Part shown: positions 48,345-54,998 of the stretch, in pieces | How the letters are laid out: every line of letters begins with the position of its first letter | Position numbering within the stretch: position 1 is the first letter of the stretch | NCBI GenBank assembly: GCA_038060295.1 | Contig: JBBTHR010000007.1 | Span: 10,094-65,091, forward strand | Direction: 5' to 3' | Length of the DNA stretch: 54,998 nt | From: Candidatus Eiseniibacteriota bacterium | Lineage (GTDB): Bacteria; Eisenbacteria; RBG-16-71-46; SZUA-252 | Translations under genes and position numbers: made by a program | Notes under the pieces: generated by a model | What the model saw: only the letters and a program-made list of their open reading frames with translations | Databases searched by the model: none | What the model was told of the DNA's origin: nothing

Positions 48345-48385
48345 GAGGCTCCTCGTTGCGAGACGGGGAGCCTCTTCTGTATTCT
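48345..48385 (+). terminator. Hairpin plus T-rich tract after the 47821 gene
   Basis: GAGGCTCC (48345-48352) pairs with GGAGCCTC (48367-48374) and is followed by TTCTGTATTCTC. The loop is long (14 nt). Confidence 0.4.
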
Positions 48386-48391
48386 CTCCTC

Positions 48392-49606
48392 GTGACCCGC
48401 CGCCTCTACTACGAAGATTCCATGCTCCGTTCCTTCGAAGCCTCCGTGGTCGGCGTGCGCGACCGGGAGGGCGCCCCCGAAGCCGCGCTCGACGCGACCG
48501 CCTTCTATCCGGGAGGGGGGGGGCAGCCCGCCGACCGGGGCACGCTCGGAGCGCGCGCCGTCCTCGAGGTGACCGAGGAGGAGGGAGTCGTCTGGCACCG
48601 CCTCGACCTGCCGGCGGCCATGGGCGACCGGCTCCCGGCGGCGCTCGACTGGGGACGGCGCTTCGACCACATGCAGCAGCACACGGGGCAGCACATCCTC
48701 TCGCGGGCCTTCATCGAGGTCGCGAAGGCCGACACGAAGTCGTTCCACCTGGGCGACGCGGTGGTCACGATCGACGTGGAGCACGCGGGCCCCAGCCCCG
48801 ACCTCCTCGCCAAAGTCGAGGATCGGGCGAACGAGATCGTCTGGGAAGACCGCGAGGTGAAGACGCGCTGGACGACCGTCGAGGAGGCGCTTCGTCTCCC
48901 GCTCCGAAAGCCGCCCGACGTGGAGGGCGAGGTCCGGATCGTGGAGGTGGACGCGTTCGACTGGTCGGCCTGCGGCGGGACGCACGTCGCCCGGTCGGGG
49001 CAGGTCGGGCTGATCCACATCCTCGGCACCGAACGCTACAAGGGCGGGATCCGCGTGGCGTTCGCCTGCGGTGGGCGCGCGCTTCGCCGCCTGCGCGAGG
49101 CCGGGACCCTGCTTCACGGCCTGGCGCTCGAATTCACGGCCGGCGAGGCGGATCTCCCGCGCGCCGTGGCGCGTCTCAAGGAGGACCGCGCCGCGCTGGA
49201 ACGCCGGTTGAAGCCGATGCTCAAGGAGGCGCTCGATCGCGAGGCCGCGGACCTCGTGGCGGCCGCTCCGTCGGGCGCGTGCGGTCCGGTCGTGGCCGTC
49301 CATTTCGCGGAGCGCGATCCGGCCGAACTCGGCGTGCTGGCCGCGGGGATCGTGTCGCGCGGGGGAATCGCCATTCTCCTCGCCTCGGAGGCGGGCGCCG
49401 CGGCCGCGCGGGCGCATTTTGCCGCTCCGCAGGGTACAATCCCCGTAGGAACGCTTCTCGGGGCCCTCTGTCGCCGTCACGGCGGCAAAGGGGGCGGCCG
49501 CCCCGAGTCGGCGCAAGGATCGTTTCCGGCGGACCGCGTCCCCCTCGTCCTCGAAGAAGCGCGGACCGCCTCGTTGACCGGACCGAAATCGGAGCTCTTG
49601 TCATGA
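48392..49606 (+). CDS. alaX: AlaX-type alanyl-tRNA editing protein (AlaRS editing domain plus C-terminal DHHA1-like region)
   Basis: N-terminus LYYEDSMLRSFEASVV, FYPGGGGQPAD, zinc motifs HTGQHIL (HxxxH) and CGGTHV (CxxxH), IVEVDAFDWSACGGTHV, and the C-terminal part GGKGGGRPESAQG. GTG 48392 is preferred over TTG 48356, which sits in the upstream hairpin loop. Confidence 0.8.
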   Translation: MTRRLYYEDSMLRSFEASVVGVRDREGAPEAALDATAFYPGGGGQPADRGTLGARAVLEVTEEEGVVWHRLDLPAAMGDRLPAALDWGRRFDHMQQHTGQHILSRAFIEVAKADTKSFHLGDAVVTIDVEHAGPSPDLLAKVEDRANEIVWEDREVKTRWTTVEEALRLPLRKPPDVEGEVRIVEVDAFDWSACGGTHVARSGQVGLIHILGTERYKGGIRVAFACGGRALRRLREAGTLLHGLALEFTAGEADLPRAVARLKEDRAALERRLKPMLKEALDREAADLVAAAPSGACGPVVAVHFAERDPAELGVLAAGIVSRGGIAILLASEAGAAAARAHFAAPQGTIPVGTLLGALCRRHGGKGGGRPESAQGSFPADRVPLVLEEARTASLTGPKSELLS

Positions 49607-52600
49607 ACCGTATGCTGCTCGCCACCCTCACCCTCGCCCTTGCCCTGGCGCTCCTCGCCGGCGTCGCTCCCGACGCGGCGGCGCAATTCGGGCAGAACAA
49701 GGTTCATTACAAGCGTTTCCAGTGGCGCATCCTCCGCACCGAGCATTTCGACATCCACTACTACGAGGGAACCGAGGAGGCGGTGCAGATGGCCGCCCTC
49801 ATGGCCGAACGTGCCTACAAGCGTCTGAGCGGCGTCCTCCACCACCAGATCAAGGCGCGGGTTCCGCTCGTCCTCTACGCCTCGCACACCGACTTCGAGC
49901 AGACGAACATCACGCCCGGGCTGATCTCGATCGGAACGGGCGGCGTGACGGAATTTTTGAAGCGGCGCGTCTTCCTGCCGTTCACCGGGTCCTTCGCCGA
50001 GCTCGATCACGTCCTGACGCACGAGCTGGTCCACGCGTTCCAGATCGACGTCCTCTTCGGCGACTCGGCCGGCGTGATCGGGAACCCCTTCTCCTCCTCG
50101 CCTCCGCTCTGGTTCATGGAGGGGATGTCCGAGTACCTCTCGGTCGGCGGCGTGGACGCGAACACGAAGATGTGGCTCCGCGACGCGTCGCTGGAGGGAT
50201 ATCTGATCCCGATACGGACGCTCCAGTACGTCGGGGACATCCGCGTCTATCGCTTCGGGCAGTCGATCCTCCAGTTCATCGCCGACACCTACGGCGTCGG
50301 GAAGATCGGGGAAATCCTGAAGCGGACGCGCCGACTGGGGAACGTGGAGCGGGCGCTGGAGTCAACCACGGGCCTCACGATCGACACGCTCTCGAAGAAG
50401 TGGCAGGAGGCGGTGCGGAAGGAATACCTCCCGCAGATCGCCGACTACGACAAGCCCGACGTCATCGCCTCCCCCCTCACCAACTCGGAGCGCGACTTCT
50501 CCAACTTCAATGTCGCCGTCTCCCTGGCTCCGTCCGGGAATCAGATGGTCTATATCTCGGACCGGAGCATGTACAACGACGTCTACGTCGCCTCGGCGCT
50601 CGACGGAAAGGTCTTCCGGAAGCTGATTTCGGGCGAACGGACGGGGACCTTCGAAACGCTCCGCTTCTTCAACACCTCGATCGCGTGGTCGCCGGACGAG
50701 AAGCAGATCGCCATTCCCGCCAAGGCCGGCGGCGAGGACGCCATCTACCTTGTGGACGTCTCGTCGGGGAAGGTGCGGAAGAAACTTCGCTTCGGCCTCG
50801 ACGCCATCTACTCGCCGGCCTGGTCGCCGGACGGCGGGCGGATCGCGTTCGTCGGAATCGAGAGTGGTCTCTCCTCGTTGCGGATCACGTCGCCCGACGG
50901 GAAGGAGACCGAGACGCTTCTCAGCGGCCTTCACGCCGTGCGCGATCCCGCCTGGTCGCCGGACGGCGGCAAGCTCGTCTTCCTGACCGACGAGGGCGAC
51001 GGGACCGATCTGAAGCGTCTCGTCTTCGCACCGCTGCGGGTCGCGATCTACGACGTCGCGACGAGGAGCGTCACCGTGCCGCCGGGGCAGTTCGGGCAGA
51101 ACACCTCGCCCCAGTGGTCGCCCGACGGACGCTCGGTCCTCTTCGTCTCGGACCGCACGGGGATCGCCAATCTCTACCGACTCGATCTCGATTCAGGTCG
51201 GTCGATCCGTCTCACGAACCTCCTCTCGGGCATTTCCGGCCTTGTGCCGGAGAGCCCGGCCGTCTCGGTCTCCCGGGACGGCAAACGAATCGTCTTCACG
51301 TCGTTCAACCGCGGTGGATGGGACATCTACTCGGTGCGGGATCCGAAGCAGATGTTCGAGACGCCGGCGATGATCGCGGAGGCCTCCTCGCCGACACCGC
51401 CGGAGCGCCTGGTCGCGTCGGCCGGCCTGGCGGAACCGGCGCCGGAAGCGCCCGAGTCTCGCGCCGCCTCGACCGCGGGCGGCTACTCGTTCCCGGACCT
51501 GGGACCCGATCGCGCCGGCTCCGAGGCCGCGGAGAAGACGATCCTCGGACACGCGCGAGGCGGCGCGCCCGACACCGCCGCCGTCGACTCGACGCTGGCG
51601 CACTTCATCGAGATCGCCTACAGCGAGCCGCTGGCCGACAGTTCGACCTTTCTCCACCTTCCGTACAGGGCGCGCTTCTCCCGCGACTACATCGCCGGGT
51701 CGGCCCTCTTCGCCTCGAACGTCGGCTTCGCGGGCTCCAGCGCCATCTCGTTCAGCGACGTGCTCGGCAATCACAACCTCCTCGCGGCGCTCAACCTCTA
51801 CGGAGACCTGCGCGAGTCGGACATCTATCTCGCCTACACCAACCTCTCGCGGCGGACAAACTGGGGCGGCGCGCTCTTCCAGTACCGGATCGGGCGGCTT
51901 CTCCTCTCCACCACCGACTCGGACGATGTGAAGGATCAGATCTACCGAGGCGGCGCGATCTTCTTCTCCCGCCCCTTCACACGATTCCGCCGGTTCGAAT
52001 TCGGAACCGAGGCTGCCATGATCGACGAGCGGGTCCTGCGCTACAACTACGCGCTCGGCAAGGTCTCCGAACTGACGGGCGGTGGGAGTTCGTTCTACGT
52101 CGCCCCCTACGTCGCGATGGTGGCCGACAACGCGCTCTACGGCTCGACCGGCCCGATCAACGGCGGCCGCTCGCGCTACAGCGTGGAGCACGCGGTCGGC
52201 GACATCACCTACACGACCGGCATCCTCGACTGGCGGCGCTACACGAACATTCGCCACCGTTTCGCGCTGGCGCAGCGATTCATCGCCGGGGCGAGCGTCG
52301 GGCGCGACCCACAGCTCTTCCGCTTCGGCGGGCCGTACACCTTCCGCGGCGTGGATTACGGCGATCTGGTCGGCACGCGGCTCCTGGTCGCGAACCTCGA
52401 GTTCCGCTTCCCCCTGATCGAGCAACTCGGTCTGGGGTGGCCGCTGCCGCTCAATCTCGGCGGCATCAACGGTGTCTTCTTCGTCGAGGGAGCGAGCGCC
52501 TGGGAGGAGGGGAGCGACCCGAAATTCTTCTCCTCGACCGGTGGACTCCACACGCAGGATCTGCGCCTCGCGTTCGGGGCAGGCGCCCGCGTGAACCTGG

Positions 52601-52698
52601 GCTACTTCATCCTTCGCTACGATTTCGGTCGCGAGCACCGGCTCGAGGGGGGCCTCGGAGCACCGCAGCACTTCGTTTCGTTCGGCGCCGACTTCTAG
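49603..52698 (+). CDS. Outer-membrane protein (1031 aa): signal peptide, HExxH/E zincin-like domain, PD40 repeats, Omp85-type beta-barrel (paralog 2)
   Basis: ATGA overlap with the alaX stop. Signal peptide LTLALALALLAGVAPDAAAQ. HELVH is at aa 140-144 (nt 50020-50034) and WFMEGMSEYL carries E173. PD40 repeats include SPAWSPDGGRIAF, DPAWSPDGGKLVF and SPQWSPDGRSVLFVSDRTG. Barrel motifs are GGPYTFRGVDYGDLVGTRLLVANLEFRFPLI and EGASAWE. The protein ends ...SFGADF. Confidence 0.85.
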   Translation: MNRMLLATLTLALALALLAGVAPDAAAQFGQNKVHYKRFQWRILRTEHFDIHYYEGTEEAVQMAALMAERAYKRLSGVLHHQIKARVPLVLYASHTDFEQTNITPGLISIGTGGVTEFLKRRVFLPFTGSFAELDHVLTHELVHAFQIDVLFGDSAGVIGNPFSSSPPLWFMEGMSEYLSVGGVDANTKMWLRDASLEGYLIPIRTLQYVGDIRVYRFGQSILQFIADTYGVGKIGEILKRTRRLGNVERALESTTGLTIDTLSKKWQEAVRKEYLPQIADYDKPDVIASPLTNSERDFSNFNVAVSLAPSGNQMVYISDRSMYNDVYVASALDGKVFRKLISGERTGTFETLRFFNTSIAWSPDEKQIAIPAKAGGEDAIYLVDVSSGKVRKKLRFGLDAIYSPAWSPDGGRIAFVGIESGLSSLRITSPDGKETETLLSGLHAVRDPAWSPDGGKLVFLTDEGDGTDLKRLVFAPLRVAIYDVATRSVTVPPGQFGQNTSPQWSPDGRSVLFVSDRTGIANLYRLDLDSGRSIRLTNLLSGISGLVPESPAVSVSRDGKRIVFTSFNRGGWDIYSVRDPKQMFETPAMIAEASSPTPPERLVASAGLAEPAPEAPESRAASTAGGYSFPDLGPDRAGSEAAEKTILGHARGGAPDTAAVDSTLAHFIEIAYSEPLADSSTFLHLPYRARFSRDYIAGSALFASNVGFAGSSAISFSDVLGNHNLLAALNLYGDLRESDIYLAYTNLSRRTNWGGALFQYRIGRLLLSTTDSDDVKDQIYRGGAIFFSRPFTRFRRFEFGTEAAMIDERVLRYNYALGKVSELTGGGSSFYVAPYVAMVADNALYGSTGPINGGRSRYSVEHAVGDITYTTGILDWRRYTNIRHRFALAQRFIAGASVGRDPQLFRFGGPYTFRGVDYGDLVGTRLLVANLEFRFPLIEQLGLGWPLPLNLGGINGVFFVEGASAWEEGSDPKFFSSTGGLHTQDLRLAFGAGARVNLGYFILRYDFGREHRLEGGLGAPQHFVSFGADF

Positions 52699-52699
52699 C

Positions 52700-53284
52700 G
52701 TGACCCCTCCGTGGCAGGGATGGGACGAGGCGCTCTTCCGCCAGATCCATCTCGTGTGGCGGCATCCGGTCCTCGACCCGTTCTTCCGCGGGCTGACCGA
52801 TCCCGGGAAGCTCCTGCTGCCGATTCTCCTCGTGCTGGTCGGCCTCTTCTGGATGAACCGGCGGCGCGGCCTCCTGGGGCTCCTGGTTCTGGCGCTGACG
52901 ATCGGCGCCTCCGATCAGACGAGCGCCAAGCTCCTGAAGCCGATCTTCCAGCGGCAGCGTCCCTCCGTGGCCATCGCCGATTCTCGACCGATGTTCGGCG
53001 TGCGCGGCTCCTACTCCTTCCCGTCGGTCCACGCCACGAACGCCTTCGCCTCAGCGGTCGTCCTTGACGCGGTCTTCCCGGGGGCGCGGGCGGCGCTCCT
53101 CGTCGTGGCGGGCCTCGTCTCCTACTCGCGGATCTACGTCGGCGATCATTGGCCTTCGGACGTGCTGGGGGGGGCTCTCCTGGGGAGTCTGATCGGGCTG
53201 GGCGGGCGATTTCTCTTCACGCGCCTGGCGGCGCGGTGGGGACGCGCTACGAAAGTCGGAGGAACGCCCAGTGGCGTCCGGTGA
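52700..53284 (+). CDS. PAP2-family lipid phosphatase (undecaprenyl-diphosphatase / phosphatidic acid phosphatase type 2)
   Basis: Tripartite PAP2 motif: KLLKPIFQRQRP (KxxxxxxRP), FPSVH (PSxH), SRIYVGDHWPSD (SRxxxxxHxxxD). Multiple TM segments. GTG start 2 nt after the upstream stop. Confidence 0.88.
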   Translation: MTPPWQGWDEALFRQIHLVWRHPVLDPFFRGLTDPGKLLLPILLVLVGLFWMNRRRGLLGLLVLALTIGASDQTSAKLLKPIFQRQRPSVAIADSRPMFGVRGSYSFPSVHATNAFASAVVLDAVFPGARAALLVVAGLVSYSRIYVGDHWPSDVLGGALLGSLIGLGGRFLFTRLAARWGRATKVGGTPSGVR

Positions 53285-54005
53285 GTCCCTTGTCGCGCCG
53301 ATGCGAGTAGAACCGATCGGCGGCGCACGAGGTGCACTCCCGAGCGAGGTGGATTCGCGCGTCGGGGACGCCTGCGTCCAGGAGGCCGCGGCGGATGGCG
53401 CCCGGGAGGTCGACCGCTTCCTGCCCGCTCGGATGCGGCCGGCGAAGCGAGGGGTCGAATCCGACCGCCACGTCCGCTCCGACGGGAAAGCAGCAGGCGT
53501 GGATGCAGGGACCGACGGCGGCGTGGAGCGTGGAACGCTCGGCACCCTCGGCGGCGAGCCGTTCCACCGCTCGCGCGGCGATGCAGGCGCGGGCGCCCCG
53601 CCAGCCGGAGTGAAGGAGCGCGCCGTGGCGGCCATCGGCGGAGACGATCGCGACGGGGGCGCAGTCGGCGGCGGAAACGGCCACCCACGGATCGCCGGAG
53701 CGGACCACGAAGCCGTCGGCCTCGGTGCCCGCTTCCGCGGGCGCGACAAGAACGGCGCCGTGGACCTGGCTCAGGAGCGGCGGCGTCGGGCCGGGATAGC
53801 CGAGCGCGGCCCGGAGCGCCTCGCGATTCCCTCGCACCGCCTCGGCATCGTCGCCGACGCCGAGGCTCACGTTGAACGTGGCGTAGGGACCGCGGCTCCG
53901 GCCTCCGAGGCGAGTCGTCATGCCGAACCAAACTCCTGCCGGGAGCACGTCCTCCGAAGGTCGCCAGAAGGGAAGGGAATCTTCGCCGGAAGGGGGCGTT
54001 TGCAT
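53247..54005 (-). CDS. pgeF: Peptidoglycan editing factor PgeF / YfiH (DUF152 laccase-domain family)
   Basis: ...QVHG..., ADCAPV, HSGWRG, and CTSCAADRFYSHRRD (the characteristic C-terminus). ATG 54005. The 3' end overlaps the convergent PAP2 gene by 38 nt. Confidence 0.85.
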   Translation of the reverse strand: MQTPPSGEDSLPFWRPSEDVLPAGVWFGMTTRLGGRSRGPYATFNVSLGVGDDAEAVRGNREALRAALGYPGPTPPLLSQVHGAVLVAPAEAGTEADGFVVRSGDPWVAVSAADCAPVAIVSADGRHGALLHSGWRGARACIAARAVERLAAEGAERSTLHAAVGPCIHACCFPVGADVAVGFDPSLRRPHPSGQEAVDLPGAIRRGLLDAGVPDARIHLARECTSCAADRFYSHRRDKGLTGRHWAFLRLS

Positions 54006-54107
54006 GGGCCGGAGGGTGCCCGCCGCACGCCGAAGGCGCAAGCGAATTGCGCCCGAGCCCCGCTCACGCCGAAGCCGAAGCCGCCGAGACGGGCGCTCCT
54101 CGCGACA

Positions 54108-54908
54108 ATGGCGATGGCGGCGTCGACGGCCATCCTCTTCGCCGGCTGCGCTCGCGTTGCGGTCAGCGCCAGTGGCGCCGAGGCGCGCGCGCGGCTCCTG
54201 GCCGATCGCGCCGCGGCCGGCGGACCGATCCGCGGCGTCGGCGACATCGAGGCCGACATCGCGGGTCGCGGCGGATCCTTCGAGGCGCGCTGGGGCTCGG
54301 CGGGGGAGAGCCTGGTCGTCATCGGCTATTCCGGCCCCATCCGCGTGCTCGACGCGGCGCTCCTGCGCGATTCGCTCTTCGTCGCGATCCGTCCCAGGGA
54401 TTTCGGCGTCGCGGGGCTGGTACGGCCGGAGAGCGGATTCGGCGCGGACGGGCTCCGATTCCTGCTTCGCCCCTGGGATTTCGGGCCGCGTTGGATCTTC
54501 GACGCGCTGGAGCGGGCGGCGGCCGATCCGATCGAGGGCGGATGGAGGCTTCGCGGCACCGGAGAGACCGAGGCGGGGTCGGTGACCTTCGCGCTCGACA
54601 TCACCTCGCGCGGCGAACCACGCCGGCTGGAACTCGCCCGCGCCGACGATCCGCGAAGCGTCGCGGTGGTTCGCTACGGGGCGCTTCGGCGCTACGCTGC
54701 CGGGCGTTACCCGCGCTGGATCGAGTGGTCGCGCGACGACGCTCGCGTCCGCCTCGACGTGCGCGACATCGGGGCGCTCCCGGAGGGGAAGCTCCGCCTC
54801 CTCCCGCCCGCGCCCTCCGAATGGCGCGTGGTCTCGCTGGACGATCCCGAGGGGCGCGAACTCCTGGGACGGTTGATCGGCGATCCTGCGAAGGAGGAGC
54901 CGCGATGA
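54108..54908 (+). CDS. Hypothetical lipoprotein (lipobox-like ILFAGC), possibly LolB/DUF4292-like
   Basis: ATG 54108 followed by MAMAASTAILFAGC. The beta-rich body has alternating patterns (SLVVIGYSGPIRV, SLFVAIRP, WRLRGTGE.., VTFALDI, VAVVRYG, RVRLDVRD). The family assignment is tentative, and the start may lie further upstream at a non-ATG codon. Confidence 0.55.
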   Translation: MAMAASTAILFAGCARVAVSASGAEARARLLADRAAAGGPIRGVGDIEADIAGRGGSFEARWGSAGESLVVIGYSGPIRVLDAALLRDSLFVAIRPRDFGVAGLVRPESGFGADGLRFLLRPWDFGPRWIFDALERAAADPIEGGWRLRGTGETEAGSVTFALDITSRGEPRRLELARADDPRSVAVVRYGALRRYAAGRYPRWIEWSRDDARVRLDVRDIGALPEGKLRLLPPAPSEWRVVSLDDPEGRELLGRLIGDPAKEEPR

Positions 54909-54998
54909 GCCGCCACTGTGCCGCTGTGAACCCGCGCCAGGGGGAGGCGAAGACCCTCCGGTCGCTGTGCATTGCCCGCTTCGCGGGCTGCAGGCTTC
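54905..54998 (+). CDS. 5' end of an unidentified ORF running out of the window
   Basis: ATG 54905 forms the ATGA stop/start overlap that is typical of this window. Only ~31 codons are visible and no family is recognisable. Confidence 0.3.
   Translation, partial: MSRHCAAVNPRQGEAKTLRSLCIARFAGCRL

Noticed and set aside
43110-52703. Alternate plus-frame ORFs of 751 aa (43110-45365) and 993 aa (49722-52703) inside the two barrel-protein genes
   Set aside because: The translations are Arg/Gly/Pro-rich with no motifs. The overlapping frames with PD40 and Omp85 motifs are clearly the coding ones.

Overview
High-GC bacterial chromosomal segment, densely packed with housekeeping and envelope genes. 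I found no rRNA, CRISPR array, transposase or integrase. Sampled 60-nt lines in typical genes held 36-45 G+C. Order of genes: hrcA(partial)-grpE-dnaJ, with no dnaK between them; rsmE; an rpsU / mutS2 / dnaG / rpoD block; two tRNAs (CAT and Val-CAC) with a clean intrinsic terminator. Then comes a chain of overlapping genes: a COG1579 zinc-ribbon protein, a low-GC orphan, a heterodimeric ABC exporter pair, an IMPase-YciI fusion and a GNAT. Next are an isolated orphan on the minus strand, a minus-strand operon (small basic-tail protein, aroC, an NMO/FabK-family flavoprotein), an RNase H-like gene, a HAD hydrolase, RNase P RNA (rnpB) and an MBL-fold hydrolase. A tightly packed nuo operon follows that contains only nuoA-C-E-H-J-K-L-M-N; B, D, F, G and I are absent. 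After that: a class V PLP enzyme; a 901-aa secreted multi-Ig/PKD protein with a FlgD-Ig/T9SS-like C-terminal domain; a minus-strand operon of an aminotransferase plus three tandem M42 peptidases; and GT4-cutA-amidohydrolase. The most unusual content is at about 42.5-53.3 kb. It holds two diverged paralogous giant outer-membrane proteins (934 and 1031 aa). Each combines a signal peptide, an HExxH...E (gluzincin-like) domain, TolB-like PD40 repeats and a C-terminal Omp85-type barrel ending in Phe. One is coupled to a PEGA-like membrane protein and a predicted beta-propeller lipoprotein. The other sits between an AlaX-type tRNA editing protein and a PAP2 phosphatase. The window ends with pgeF, a lipoprotein and a partial ORF. 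The FlgD-Ig/T9SS-like domain and overall gene content suggest an uncultivated FCB-related, Gemmatimonadota-like or Eisenbacteria-like lineage, but this is inference only. Many very long antisense or alternate-frame ORFs in the track are high-GC artefacts. All functional calls rest on motif and family recognition by eye; no database search was run.
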